Origin: a virus
Strand: one strand, 5' to 3'
Virus record (IMG/VR): IMGVR_UViG_3300042882_000327
Location: 1-64,000 of that record
DNA: 64,000 bases
How positions within the stretch are numbered: position 1 is the stretch's first letter; every line of letters starts with the position of its first letter. The translations under genes and the position numbers were made by a program. Under the pieces are notes generated by a model. That model made no database searches, was not told the origin of the DNA, and saw only the letters and a program-made list of their open reading frames with translations. Shown piece after piece: positions 1-10,270 of this stretch.

Positions 1-100
1 TCGTGGTAATGATGATATAGACTTACCAGAATGCTCCAGTATAGTAGATAACGCCTCTCCATAAGAAAATGGCTTGTTGCAAAGCTCGTTATATAATAAT

Positions 101-244
101 CTAGATGTGTTCATATGGGTTGTTTATATAATGTTTCTTGTTCTTCCTTGCAGGATCAAACTTGTTGTCTGGCTTGGGTTTCTTTTTCTTTCTTAGATCT
201 TCTAGATCTTGGTAATTCTTTTTTAAGGTTTGCTGATTCTTCAT
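101..244 (-). CDS. small basic hypothetical protein (47 aa), not in ORF track
   Basis: Hand-translated MKNQQTLKKNY...PYEHI*; the ATG overlaps the upstream stop (ATGA coupling). Confidence 0.5.
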   Translation of the reverse strand: MKNQQTLKKNYQDLEDLRKKKKPKPDNKFDPARKNKKHYINNPYEHI

Positions 245-690
245 TGTAGTAAATTTGGAAATGCCTCTTTAACTAGATTATGGGTTAGGTGTTTAATTTG
301 CAAATTTTTCTTCATCATATTTACAAAAACTTGCGCTTCTCTAGGTTCAAATGCTTCTAGCAATTCAACTAAGATTTGGTTACGTTTCGTTTCCGAAATA
401 ACATCGGCGGTTTCGTTTCCTTTCAAGAAAAGATATGCTCGACGGATTTCAGATTCGATACCAGCATATCGAATACCAGGATGGGTATCTGGCTGGATAT
501 AATTTTTCGGGAATTCTTTAATATAGAATTGATATTGTGGGTCAAAAGTATACTTTAGTACTTGCAGAAAATGTGGAATAGCATTGTCTTGTAATACTTT
601 AATTCGTTGTTCTTTATTTGTAGCTTGTTCGAATTCATCTAAAATTTCATATATATTTTTAATCATTTCATTCTCTTTAAAAATCTTCAA
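241..690 (-). CDS. conserved T4-like phage hypothetical protein
   Basis: 149-aa ORF directly downstream of rnh; resembles the helical protein often found beside RNase H in T4-like phages. Confidence 0.6.
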   Translation of the reverse strand: MKIFKENEMIKNIYEILDEFEQATNKEQRIKVLQDNAIPHFLQVLKYTFDPQYQFYIKEFPKNYIQPDTHPGIRYAGIESEIRRAYLFLKGNETADVISETKRNQILVELLEAFEPREAQVFVNMMKKNLQIKHLTHNLVKEAFPNLLQ

Positions 691-1522
691 TACATTCTAA
701 TAGGGAGATTAATTTATTATCTACCAGATATTTATACAACTTGCCTTTTGTAGAAGGTTTAACTGATTCGTATTCATCTACAATGTTCGCACGAATTTGT
801 TCTGGGATATTATCAAAATTAATCAGCAGATCATTACGTCTATAATTCCTATATATTTCTTCCGTTTCGCAAAAATCTTTAGGTTCTTTTTCTAGCCAGT
901 CTTCCATCTTCTTTTTGGAGATAGGAGATTGACGTTTACCAATAATAAAAGTATCATCTGCGGAAAGCATGGATGGAATTCCATCGCCTTTATCACCACG
1001 AATGACCTTTTCCTTCAAATCTCTAACTGGATGCTTAGAGGTTACATAAATGCCTAGCATTGGATTATATTGCTTGACATTATTATATCTATGTAGTTGC
1101 TTGAAATCTGCATCAGAAGAAAGAATAAGAACTTTTTCCGAAAGACTCAACCGAGGGGTCAAGGTTCCTATAATATCATCAGCCTCTGCTAAATCGACTT
1201 CGATTACTTTATAAGGGAAGTTTTCTTTAAAATCTGCCTTTAGTTTATTTAGAACCTTAAAAATCATATTCCAATCTAAGGGAGATTTCTCCCTAGCATC
1301 TTTACGATGTGCTTTATAATGAGGATACATTTGTTTCCTCCAATATTGCTTCGAATCACAACACAGTATGATTTCTCCATATTCTTTAAATTTCTTAATA
1401 TGAGAACGGAGAGTGTTTAGTACAACATGACGGATCAGGTCTTCTTCAAGTCTTTGCTTAGAATTAACTTGAGAAAGTAGCCCTGATATCATAACCTGAT
1501 TCAGATCAACTAAAATAGCCAT
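677..1522 (-). CDS. rnh: T4-type RNase H / 5'-3' exonuclease
   Basis: Motifs LVDLNQ, WRK..YP.YK..R, EADD, SSDADF, GDKGDGIP. Confidence 0.95.
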   Translation of the reverse strand: MAILVDLNQVMISGLLSQVNSKQRLEEDLIRHVVLNTLRSHIKKFKEYGEIILCCDSKQYWRKQMYPHYKAHRKDAREKSPLDWNMIFKVLNKLKADFKENFPYKVIEVDLAEADDIIGTLTPRLSLSEKVLILSSDADFKQLHRYNNVKQYNPMLGIYVTSKHPVRDLKEKVIRGDKGDGIPSMLSADDTFIIGKRQSPISKKKMEDWLEKEPKDFCETEEIYRNYRRNDLLINFDNIPEQIRANIVDEYESVKPSTKGKLYKYLVDNKLISLLECIEDF

Positions 1523-1525
1523 AAT

Positions 1526-2212
1526 TTAATTTATCAATAGTTTCGTGTTAGGGTAAGTAATTTGTACTGAATGTCCTAGTTTATTCTCTTGTATAAACTT
1601 TGCCAAGGGATAATCATTTCCATCCAATATTTGATTTCCATAGAAGATTATATATGCTTTTGGATCAAAAGTCAAGAGATCTTTGGCTACTAAAGATTTA
1701 TTAATTCCTTTTTTAGATATATCAATAGAAATCTCACCTCCAATAAGAAATTCCAAATCGGGAAATTTTTCTTGTAAGTTATTAACTATATATTTCCTTT
1801 CTTCTGTTAGACTATCATATAAACTATAATCTTTTCTCTGGTCATCTGTTGCATTCCTTCCAACTATAGAGAAGTTTATCATTCCGGGTCTTGGGTTTAT
1901 ATGGTTTCCGGTTTTGGGAAAGAACATGGAATTTTCTACTATATCTTCCAGAGATTCGATCAATTCTTCATTGTTCAAGGAATAATCTACATCATGACAT
2001 AATCCAACAACTCCAGAACAAGTATAAAGTTTAACCTTCTCCAAAATTTCCGAAGGTATTTGTTCTTCTATCATGCTAGAATCTGAACCAGATACCAATA
2101 CTACATTATTGAAATTACAATACTCCGAAAAAATAGGCACAAATTCCGGGTCCATAGGTTTTCTTGGTTCTGTTATTGTACCATCAACATCAAAAACATG
2201 ATATGTGGTCAT
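1526..2212 (-). CDS. HAD-IIB phosphomannomutase-like protein
   Basis: Motifs FDVDGTITEPR, R.GMINFS.VGRNA, GGEISIDI, GNDY, as in eukaryote-type PMM. Confidence 0.8.
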   Translation of the reverse strand: MTTYHVFDVDGTITEPRKPMDPEFVPIFSEYCNFNNVVLVSGSDSSMIEEQIPSEILEKVKLYTCSGVVGLCHDVDYSLNNEELIESLEDIVENSMFFPKTGNHINPRPGMINFSIVGRNATDDQRKDYSLYDSLTEERKYIVNNLQEKFPDLEFLIGGEISIDISKKGINKSLVAKDLLTFDPKAYIIFYGNQILDGNDYPLAKFIQENKLGHSVQITYPNTKLLIN

Positions 2213-3309
2213 CGAACTACCTTCAACAAAATAGTATCAGAGTTAATTCTGCCATTCAAAGGAGCCTCTTTACACTTGATATTAGCCATGAACTTCTTCA
2301 ATTCCGGTTTCTTAGCCTTCTTAAAATCTGTAAGAATCTCCAATGGTTTTCTTAGAGTCTTCTGAATAGAAAAAGTTTCATCATAACCTAAGAGGGTGGT
2401 TCCTTTGATACCAAAACCAGAATCATCTATGGCTTTGTAGTGTCCTAGTTTCTTATATTTTGTATTAAATACCCATAGCTCCATTGCCCCAATTATTTCT
2501 GTTGGAGCGATTGATGCCAATTTATATTCATTATCTTCTTTTTTGTATTGTACCTTGGCTACTTTCTTGTCCAATGTTATTACTTTCTTTTTCTTAACTT
2601 TTCGAACGGTCTTAACATTAGAACCAAAGTTCTCACAATCTTTGATAATGGATGTGATAAATGACAAATATGAGTTTAATTCTTTCTTACTCCAATGGGA
2701 ATAAGATTCAATTAATTGCTCGTCTTGTTTGTTAATAGTAAGAGTCAATTCTTCAATCAACGGATTGTAATGATCTTGAATGTGCTTTAAATATATAGGT
2801 TTAATAGAATTCGCCACCAACCAATCATAACATTTAAAATCAGATGTTTTATTCTTGATGAAGTTATCTACATGTTCTTCAATATCATTAATATATTGAG
2901 TTGTCTGATCAAACACTCTATCTTGAATAGTTCTATCTAATTTGGAAGGGACGACTTGCGAATCTACTACATCTTCTAATTTAAAGTCTAGTATTTCTTT
3001 AATTCTATAATTAACCCAATCAGATTTATCTAATTCTGCTCCCCTCTGCATTATCCTACATACAAATCCTAAATTCTTAAATAAAGAATCAGATGCAGAA
3101 GAAATCCCGTCAATAATTTCTTTCGAGTATTTGTTAGACTTAACATAATCCAATGTATACTTCTTGGATTCTTTCTCGGATAGCTGATTTGAATACCAAG
3201 AAAGTGCTCTTGTTAGTGGAAGTTCTGTTTTTTTATCTCCCCAAGTAGGCTCATCGCCTACAAACAATGATTCAATATTTATATTAACTTTAGGTTTTTT
3301 GGTTTGCAT
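2209..3309 (-). CDS. conserved T4-like hypothetical protein
   Basis: 366-aa ORF; C-terminal LWVFNTK...GTTL.G.D...KTLRKP...NGRIN segment recalled from T4-like phages. Confidence 0.65.
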   Translation of the reverse strand: MQTKKPKVNINIESLFVGDEPTWGDKKTELPLTRALSWYSNQLSEKESKKYTLDYVKSNKYSKEIIDGISSASDSLFKNLGFVCRIMQRGAELDKSDWVNYRIKEILDFKLEDVVDSQVVPSKLDRTIQDRVFDQTTQYINDIEEHVDNFIKNKTSDFKCYDWLVANSIKPIYLKHIQDHYNPLIEELTLTINKQDEQLIESYSHWSKKELNSYLSFITSIIKDCENFGSNVKTVRKVKKKKVITLDKKVAKVQYKKEDNEYKLASIAPTEIIGAMELWVFNTKYKKLGHYKAIDDSGFGIKGTTLLGYDETFSIQKTLRKPLEILTDFKKAKKPELKKFMANIKCKEAPLNGRINSDTILLKVVR

Positions 3310-3679
3310 AAAGTGGACTCATAACTGTAGATTTCAATAGACCGCTAAACATTTCTTTCATAAATTTATTGGATGCTTTAGTCTTTCTGGTAACTACACC
3401 ATAAAATCCACATTCAATAATAGATGAAACATATACATAAGGATCTGTTAATGTTGCAACAAAGTTGTCTGGATGAGTAATCATCCCATCATCATCACAT
3501 TTATAGATCATAATATGATATAAATGTCCAAGATTACTCGTTTCATATTTGGATTTCTTGCTGTATTTGAATCCTTTAATATCCAACTTTGTAAGATCTC
3601 CATTTGCTGGTAAAAATGTGACACCATCGGCATCATCAGCAAATATTTGTTTAATTGCTTCTTTAATTGTATTATGCAT
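3290..3679 (-). CDS. hypothetical protein
   Basis: 129-aa ORF packed in the operon. Confidence 0.55.
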   Translation of the reverse strand: MHNTIKEAIKQIFADDADGVTFLPANGDLTKLDIKGFKYSKKSKYETSNLGHLYHIMIYKCDDDGMITHPDNFVATLTDPYVYVSSIIECGFYGVVTRKTKASNKFMKEMFSGLLKSTVMSPLYANQKT

Positions 3680-3704
3680 ATATTACTTTGTTAATTGAAA
3701 TAAG

Positions 3705-4109
3705 TCAAGTCTTTTTGACTAGATGCGATCTTCTTACTCTCACAGAGATCCACGAATTATAAAATTTATCTGTTTCAAGGAGAACGTCATATTCAAATTG
3801 ATATTTCGCTTCATAATATGAACATTCTCCTTTAGATTTACAGAATTTAAGAATTTTCCGCTCAAAATTATCTTCACCATATAAAGTAATATCTGCTTTT
3901 AATTCTTCTGAAGAACCATAATACGATTTCCAATCAGATTCTACGGTAAATTTTTTCTTTTTCCCTTTGACAACTTTGGTTTTTTTGAAATTGAGTAATT
4001 TCTTCCCAATATATTGCCTACCGTTTAACTTATTGGTTATTAGATATACAAACCCAATGTAAGAAGAATCTACTTCTTCCAGAAGATTCCCTTCATATAT
4101 CCAAGACAT
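3705..4109 (-). CDS. small GIY-YIG family nuclease
   Basis: Motifs FVYLITN..NGRQYIGKK, YYGSS, catalytic-type E and YN. Confidence 0.8.
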   Translation of the reverse strand: MSWIYEGNLLEEVDSSYIGFVYLITNKLNGRQYIGKKLLNFKKTKVVKGKKKKFTVESDWKSYYGSSEELKADITLYGEDNFERKILKFCKSKGECSYYEAKYQFEYDVLLETDKFYNSWISVRVRRSHLVKKT

Positions 4110-4115
4110 TGGATA

Positions 4116-4301
4116 CTATTCTGTCCAAGAATCTTCTTCAAATAAATCGTACTCGTCTTGAACGTCTTCTTCAATGGTTTCGATCTTTTCACCACAAAAT
4201 GGACAAATGATATTTTCGTGTTCTAACACTAGATTTTCGTTGAATGTTAAAGTAAACTCTGATTCACATCCATCACAAATTGAACTTACAACTTTTGACA
4301 T
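4116..4301 (-). CDS. small zinc-ribbon protein with acidic tail
   Basis: CDGC...CPFC; start reassigned to MSKVVSS, downstream of a late promoter. Confidence 0.7.
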   Translation of the reverse strand: MSKVVSSICDGCESEFTLTFNENLVLEHENIICPFCGEKIETIEEDVQDEYDLFEEDSWTE

Positions 4302-4330
4302 AAAATTCCCTATAATTGTTATAAATGATA

Positions 4331-4338
4331 TATTTATA
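4331..4338 (-). promoter_or_regulatory. T4 late promoter
   Basis: Exact TATAAATA on the minus strand ahead of the Zn-ribbon gene. Confidence 0.65.
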
Positions 4339-4339
4339 A

Positions 4340-5194
4340 TCAATCATATCTTATAATATCATCCTCGCCTAGATATTCTCCGATCTGAACTTCAACGATT
4401 TGTAGCATTTTGTCGGTTTTATTGCTTAATTTATGTTTAGCTCCGATATCTACATAGATAGATTCGTTTCGTTCTACAGTTTCTTCATGCTTTACTTTAT
4501 CTGTTTCCAAATAAACAGAAGCAGTTCCTTCAACTACTACCCAATGTTCAGAACGTTGAGCATGTGTTTGTAATGAAATCGACTTTCCGGGTTCAATCTC
4601 AATAATTTTTACTTTCTTATTAGAGTCTTGGTAAATTACTTTATAATTTCCCCAAGATCGATCAGTCATTTCAAAATGCCAATCTCTGTAACGATTTAGA
4701 ATCCAAGAAGAGGAGTTACTTTTGTCACCGCCAACGCCCCAGACAAGATCAATTCCATTCTCTTCGCAATATTTTTGCTCTAGAGAAGGTGTTGTATTTG
4801 CATTTCTGTCTCCACCATTGGCAAAGATGAATTGAACTTCAATCGGTTCTTCGGAATATACTTCACCATCTGATAGCATTGTTCTATCAACAAAAGCATT
4901 TTTATACTTTTCTACTACGGCTTTAATGCCATTTACAGCAGAGCCAGCTTTGTCATCTTCGAACCCAATAACATCATCCACATAACGCATGGAATTAATG
5001 ATGTTTCTCCTATCTTCAAAGTCTAGGAAATTAATTCCTTTCTTCTTTTTTAGCCATTCGTCAGAATTTAAGCAAACAACTAGAAAATCTGCTTGAAGTC
5101 TAGCAGCAATAAACATATCTACATGACCAGAGTGGACAGGATCAAAGCCTCCACTCAAAATAATTACTCTTTTTTTATTCATATTTAATTCCAC
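4340..5194 (-). CDS. cytidylyltransferase-like (HxGH) domain fused to type II mannose-6-phosphate isomerase cupin
   Basis: N-terminal GGFDPVHSGH and ANGGDR; C-terminal R.WG.Y, SLQ.H..RSEHWVVV.G, EDDIIR. Confidence 0.85.
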   Translation of the reverse strand: MELNMNKKRVIILSGGFDPVHSGHVDMFIAARLQADFLVVCLNSDEWLKKKKGINFLDFEDRRNIINSMRYVDDVIGFEDDKAGSAVNGIKAVVEKYKNAFVDRTMLSDGEVYSEEPIEVQFIFANGGDRNANTTPSLEQKYCEENGIDLVWGVGGDKSNSSSWILNRYRDWHFEMTDRSWGNYKVIYQDSNKKVKIIEIEPGKSISLQTHAQRSEHWVVVEGTASVYLETDKVKHEETVERNESIYVDIGAKHKLSNKTDKMLQIVEVQIGEYLGEDDIIRYD

Positions 5195-5205
5195 TTTTTC
5201 ATAAG

Positions 5206-6186
5206 TTAATTAGCCCAAACTTCACTCCAAGACCCGGACAAAGCACCTTTGGCATAGGCAGTAGCCCTATTTTCAAAGAAATTAGTATGCTGTGGTGCGG
5301 AAATCATTTCATCAACCCAAGGGATAGGATTTTTCTTTACTTTAAAAATACCTTTTAGTCCCATAGCAATCAATCTACGATCACATATGTATCTAATGTA
5401 ATTCTTTAAGTCTTCCATTTCTAATCCTTCGCATTCACCAATGTCATAACATATATCAATGAATGCATCTTCTAGCTCAACCATCTTTTCGGCAATAGAA
5501 TATAGTTCAGATTTTAAATCATCTTTCCAAATATCTCTATTCTCTTCGATAAATGTTCTGAAAGTTTTAATCATTGCCTCGCAATGCAATTGTTCATCAA
5601 GAATTGACCAAGAAATAATCTGGCCCATTCCCTTCATTTTGCCGCGACGAGGGAAATTTAGTAACATTACAAAGGAAGAAAATAATTGCATACCTTCTGT
5701 GAAAGCGGAGAAGATAGCAATTTGTTGAGCAATATTCTTGGTGGAATCTAATTCTGAAATTTGTTCAATATACTCATGCTTATCTTTCATTGCTTGGTAC
5801 TTCAGAAATTCTGTATAAGTGGAATCTGGCATACCAAGAGTCTCAATAAGATGCGAATATGCCGCAATATGAACTGCTTCTCTAGCAGCAAAACCAAGAA
5901 GCATCATTCTTAATTCTGGTTGCTTTAGAATAGGAAGATAATTATTAACATATCCGCCAGCAACATCAATATCAGATTGAGTAAAAAATCTGAAAATGTT
6001 AGTTAGGAAATACTTTTCTTTTTCTGAAATATTATTTTGCCAATCCTTAATATCTTGAACCATTTCAACTTCAGAATGTAACCAGTGCATTTGTTCGTGT
6101 GCCAACCAATAATCATACGCCCAAGGATAGGTAAATGGTTTTAGAGCAGTTCTAGAATCTGTTAGTTTTAATTTTCTTTTTACCAT
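5206..6186 (-). CDS. nrdB: ribonucleotide reductase class I beta subunit
   Basis: Motifs EAVHIAAY, EG..LFSSF, DEQLH, NFFE.R.T.Y. Confidence 0.95.
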   Translation of the reverse strand: MVKRKLKLTDSRTALKPFTYPWAYDYWLAHEQMHWLHSEVEMVQDIKDWQNNISEKEKYFLTNIFRFFTQSDIDVAGGYVNNYLPILKQPELRMMLLGFAAREAVHIAAYSHLIETLGMPDSTYTEFLKYQAMKDKHEYIEQISELDSTKNIAQQIAIFSAFTEGMQLFSSFVMLLNFPRRGKMKGMGQIISWSILDEQLHCEAMIKTFRTFIEENRDIWKDDLKSELYSIAEKMVELEDAFIDICYDIGECEGLEMEDLKNYIRYICDRRLIAMGLKGIFKVKKNPIPWVDEMISAPQHTNFFENRATAYAKGALSGSWSEVWAN

Positions 6187-6206
6187 GATTTATTTCCTTA
6201 TATTCT

Positions 6207-8024
6207 TTAACTGTGACACGCCAAACAATCGGAACCATCAATAATGTCTTGCATATTAATTTCTTCGATTATATGACGTTCGATCTGTTTGGATACTTTA
6301 TCTGATTTCTTTAAACTATCACTTCTGCAATAATAAAGAGTAGGAATTTTCGATTTCCACGCCATAAAATGAACAGCGTGTAGATATTTAATATTAACAT
6401 CCGGTCTAAAGAATAAATTGATCGACTGGGTTTGATCAATAAACTTTTGCCTATCTGATGCCAAATCTACAACCCAACGTTGATCAATTTCCATAGCAGT
6501 TTTGAATACTTCTTTTTCTGCTTCGGTAAATATATCCATATGCTGGATAGAACCATCGTTAGAAATGATGTCTAACCAAATAGCATCATAATCTAACTTG
6601 GAATTACCTTTCATCTTTTCTTTAATTAGATCATCTAGGACATGATTCTTATTTAGATGAGAGCCAGACATAGTATCCTGACGATATGCATTTGCCCTAA
6701 TAGGTTCTATAGAAGGCGAAATATTACCCATAATAATAGAAGTAGATGCAGTTGGCGCGATTGCCATTAAATGGGAAAATCTCTTAAATGTTTCATTTTC
6801 TCCTCTATACCCTTCTTCAAAATCTGGACAATTTCCCCTTTCAAAACCCAATTCATAATTCGCCCTTTCAAGGTTTTCTCTGATATTCTTAAATATCTGC
6901 ATATTCTTTGATTTTGCCAAAGCACATTCAAAAGGAATATTATTCTGTTGTAGATATGTATGAAATCCTAAAGTACCAACGCCGATTGCTCGTTCTCTCA
7001 TTGCTGAATATTTTGCCCTTGAAATTGCTTCTGGAGCGTTATCAATAAAAGTAGTTAGTACATTATCTAACATTTCTGCTATGTCTCTAAAGAAAATTTG
7101 ATTATCTTTAAAAGCATCATAATATCTTAGATTAACTGAAGATAAACAACAAACCGCAGTTCTTTCATGATCAGTAGGAAGAAGAATTTCAGAACATATG
7201 TTTGATTGTTGAATCCTCAACCCTAGATTTTTTTGAAACTCTGGCATCTGCTCATTGGCAGTATCAATAAAGAGAATATAGGGTTCGCCAGTCTGCATTC
7301 TTAAATCCAAAATCTTTTGCCACAATTCTTTGGCAGAAACATTTTCTCTTACTCTATTGGTATCATGCTTATCATATAATTGCCAAGTATCATCAAAGTC
7401 CGGATCAATCATACATTGTTCGATAATATTCATGAATTTATCTGTCACAATAATCCCATGATGAAGATTTAAGCATTTAATATTTTGATCACCTGTTGGT
7501 TTACGCATTTCGAGGAACATTAAAACATCGGGATGATCAATTCTTAGATATGCCGCATACGAACCTCTGCGAGTCTTACCTTGACGATACGCTAGGCAAG
7601 ACGCATCGTAGATTTTTAAATGGGGCATAACACCAACAGATTTATCATCTGCCGAACGAATATCTACACCAATACCAACTCCACCACCAAGCATCGAAAG
7701 AGTATTAACCTCAGAAAGAGTATCAACAAGACCAGAAGAACTGTCTTGCATGTAAGAAAGGAAACAAGATATTGGTAAGCCATTTTTAGACTTACCGTAT
7801 GAAAGAATTGGAGTAGCAAAACTTAACCAGTGCTTGGAAGCATAATCATATAATCTCTGAGCATGTTCTAAATTGGAGCCAAAAGATTTTGCAACAAAAG
7901 CAAATCGCTCTTGTGGAGACGTTTCTGTATCTTTCATATAAGATTCTTGAAGTCTTTTGATGCCCAACGAGTCAAATAAATTATCTCGCTCTGGTGAAAT
8001 TTTAATGCCTAGATATTCTTCCAT
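6207..8024 (-). CDS. nrdA: ribonucleotide reductase class I alpha subunit (no ATP cone)
   Basis: Motifs PISCF, SNICSE, CCLSS, APTAS, TLYY, C-terminal CLAC. Confidence 0.95.
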   Translation of the reverse strand: MEEYLGIKISPERDNLFDSLGIKRLQESYMKDTETSPQERFAFVAKSFGSNLEHAQRLYDYASKHWLSFATPILSYGKSKNGLPISCFLSYMQDSSSGLVDTLSEVNTLSMLGGGVGIGVDIRSADDKSVGVMPHLKIYDASCLAYRQGKTRRGSYAAYLRIDHPDVLMFLEMRKPTGDQNIKCLNLHHGIIVTDKFMNIIEQCMIDPDFDDTWQLYDKHDTNRVRENVSAKELWQKILDLRMQTGEPYILFIDTANEQMPEFQKNLGLRIQQSNICSEILLPTDHERTAVCCLSSVNLRYYDAFKDNQIFFRDIAEMLDNVLTTFIDNAPEAISRAKYSAMRERAIGVGTLGFHTYLQQNNIPFECALAKSKNMQIFKNIRENLERANYELGFERGNCPDFEEGYRGENETFKRFSHLMAIAPTASTSIIMGNISPSIEPIRANAYRQDTMSGSHLNKNHVLDDLIKEKMKGNSKLDYDAIWLDIISNDGSIQHMDIFTEAEKEVFKTAMEIDQRWVVDLASDRQKFIDQTQSINLFFRPDVNIKYLHAVHFMAWKSKIPTLYYCRSDSLKKSDKVSKQIERHIIEEINMQDIIDGSDCLACHS

Positions 8025-8033
8025 TGTTCTTCC

Positions 8034-8213
8034 TTAATTATATGTTATTGGTTCTTCTCTTGCAAATTCTATCTTGTATCCATCCAAAGAAGCAAATACT
8101 TCTTCTAGACTATCAATATCTAAATTTCCTGATATGTAAATATCGGTATTTGAGAGTTGTTCAATGTCAACTTCTTGTTCTTGTAAATTCGTGGTAATTT
8201 TATTTAGTATCAT
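8034..8213 (-). CDS. small acidic hypothetical protein (59 aa), not in ORF track
   Basis: Hand-translated MILNKITTNLQEQEVDIE...PITYN*; fills the gap ahead of nrdA. Confidence 0.55.
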   Translation of the reverse strand: MILNKITTNLQEQEVDIEQLSNTDIYISGNLDIDSLEEVFASLDGYKIEFAREEPITYN

Positions 8214-8406
8214 TCAAAAATCCAAAGTATTCTAATAGATTTTGAACTGTAATAAAATCAATGTCTTCGGATTCTTCACTTTCTCTTATTAACAGTTCAA
8301 CAAATTTAATTAAATTTTTTTCTTCAAAACAAATGGTATCAGCATCGCAACAATCCTGATAGAATCCATTTGCTTCAAATATAAGTTTTTTAATTTTTAA
8401 ATCCAT
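8200..8406 (-). CDS. hypothetical protein
   Basis: 68-aa ORF with a KFVELLIRE motif typical of small phage proteins. Confidence 0.6.
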   Translation of the reverse strand: MDLKIKKLIFEANGFYQDCCDADTICFEEKNLIKFVELLIRESEESEDIDFITVQNLLEYFGFLNDTK

Positions 8407-8620
8407 TCTTTACGTCCCATTCTTCTAGGACAATATTATAAGGATATTCGTCGCAGGGTATTCCTTTTTTATAGTTTTTATAGTCTTTTTCGGCAGATTC
8501 CGGACTATCAAATATAGAAATAATCCTAAACCGTCTAGGTTTTATATACCTACTTTCTTCTATCAGTACATAAACCTTAGAGGTCGCCATCTTGTCGGTT
8601 TTCTGAATAATGAACATCAA
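8390..8620 (-). CDS. hypothetical protein
   Basis: 76-aa ORF overlapping both neighbours; start uncertain. Confidence 0.55.
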   Translation of the reverse strand: MMFIIQKTDKMATSKVYVLIEESRYIKPRRFRIISIFDSPESAEKDYKNYKKGIPCDEYPYNIVLEEWDVKNGFKN

Positions 8621-8993
8621 ATTTCCCGGCAGGATAACGATTAATTAACTTATTAACATTACCAGAAAGAACTTCATTTGGATCAAGACCAAGTGAACGA
8701 CACGCATTAATCCAGTACCACCCTATATCTCCAAGCTCCCTAGACATATGGTATTTGTTATCTTCATCTAAAGGTTTACCTTGGAAAACAATTTTCTTTA
8801 CAATTTCTTGAAATTCTCCACCTTCTGATCCAAGACCCAAAGCGGCGGTGAGCAATAAAGAAATATTAGCATCTTTCTGCTGTTGTAGACTCTGTAGGCG
8901 ATTAATTAGAAATTCGATATCATTGGATTCATTACTTGTTACTGAAGCAACAAATTCCATATAACGATTAAGATCAACGACATTTTTACTCAT
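8577..8993 (-). CDS. mazG: MazG-like nucleoside triphosphate pyrophosphohydrolase
   Basis: Motifs GL..E.GE..EIVKK..FQGK, ELGD..WY, N..KL..RYP; start reassigned to MSKNVV. Confidence 0.9.
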   Translation of the reverse strand: MSKNVVDLNRYMEFVASVTSNESNDIEFLINRLQSLQQQKDANISLLLTAALGLGSEGGEFQEIVKKIVFQGKPLDEDNKYHMSRELGDIGWYWINACRSLGLDPNEVLSGNVNKLINRYPAGKFDVHYSENRQDGDL

Positions 8994-8994
8994 A

Positions 8995-9819
8995 TTATAT
9001 ACCTCTTTTATTAAATTTATGTTCGATATCTGCTCTATGTTGTTTCCAACCTCTAAAATTCTTATTATATTCCTTATTTCTGGTTGGAGTTGCTTGATGT
9101 TCGGTTGGAGAAGCATGAATTGGAGTCGAACCAACTAAATCTTCATACAAGCCGAAATCTTTTTCTTTTGATGGTTTTTTTCCGTCATGTGTGAGAAAAC
9201 TAACTCTTGCACATCTTGCCGCAGACATTTGAATACAATCCACCATTAGATTATTACAAATTTCCTCATCAGTTACATATGGTAGGTGCCAATCTCCATA
9301 ATTTAACTTAGTTGGAATGGAATTTAGATATTCTGTATACATCAAAGCAGAAAGAGCATAAATTTCTGGTTGAGCATCTTCATGAACTCTCAATTCGAAA
9401 AAATTATCCCATTCGGTTGCAGTTACAATAGTTTTCGTCCACATCCAAGGTTCTATAATTCTATTGGCAATCTGCTTATGCAATCCTAACTTAGTCAATA
9501 TATAAGCAAAGATACAGGCTGGATATCTGGAGAATCTCCATAACATCTGCACCAAAGATAAACTATTACCATCAAGTTCTTCCTTTGCTTGCATTCCGGG
9601 TCGATTCTTACCCCAGAATACAGGAATTACAGGATCGGTAATAACATCTTTAATTAGTTTTTTTACTGGAATTGCTCTTGACGAAGCGGAATTCCTTGAA
9701 AATACTCTATGAGTATTAAATTCTGCTAGAATAAATCTAGGATATTTTAATTCAAAAGTGGTGAGTCTAACTCCTTCTGGCGATAGACTATCTTTTATAA
9801 CTTTCGCTTCAATCATCAT
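8995..9819 (-). CDS. thyX: flavin-dependent thymidylate synthase
   Basis: Motifs EFNTHR.FSRN.ASSR, HKQ.ANR, NFF.LR...AQPEI, HASP.EH. Confidence 0.85.
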   Translation of the reverse strand: MMIEAKVIKDSLSPEGVRLTTFELKYPRFILAEFNTHRVFSRNSASSRAIPVKKLIKDVITDPVIPVFWGKNRPGMQAKEELDGNSLSLVQMLWRFSRYPACIFAYILTKLGLHKQIANRIIEPWMWTKTIVTATEWDNFFELRVHEDAQPEIYALSALMYTEYLNSIPTKLNYGDWHLPYVTDEEICNNLMVDCIQMSAARCARVSFLTHDGKKPSKEKDFGLYEDLVGSTPIHASPTEHQATPTRNKEYNKNFRGWKQHRADIEHKFNKRGI

Positions 9820-10270
9820 TTACTCCAATTTTCTTTAAGTATTCTTTATCCAAGAAAGAATAATAATTAGTTTTTTTTAATTTATTTCTTGCGGCGTTTA
9901 ATATATTATTTTTTTGAGCTATTATAATTATATATTTGCCATTTCCCGTGTTAACCCCATTCATATATTGAGGATTATTATAATCATCAACAAAATACCT
10001 ATACTTGTCTGATATAGAATTATAAAAATTCACTAAAGATTCAGCAGATTCTGAAGTTAATTTTTTATTTTTATCTACCATCATAAACAAATTAACGCCT
10101 TCTTTTTCCTTTTTCAATATTTGGATCAAAAGTTCTTTATCGGACTTTATTATTTCAAAATTAATATTTTCAGACATGGCAAATGGGCAAATGGGAAGCC
10201 CATCTAGTTCTTTTTTTGGCGAGGATACATAGTTCTGCCAAGCTTTTAACTCTTCTAACATTTTTTCCAA
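9809..10270 (-). CDS. hypothetical protein (LDGLPICPFA motif)
   Basis: 153-aa ORF overlapping primase and thyX. Confidence 0.6.
   Translation of the reverse strand: MEKMLEELKAWQNYVSSPKKELDGLPICPFAMSENINFEIIKSDKELLIQILKKEKEGVNLFMMVDKNKKLTSESAESLVNFYNSISDKYRYFVDDYNNPQYMNGVNTGNGKYIIIIAQKNNILNAARNKLKKTNYYSFLDKEYLKKIGVNDD

Noticed and set aside
3705-4109. Mobile seg-type homing endonuclease
   Set aside because: Only the catalytic GIY-YIG domain is present, with no DNA-binding extension or evident insertion scar; it is more likely a resident nuclease.
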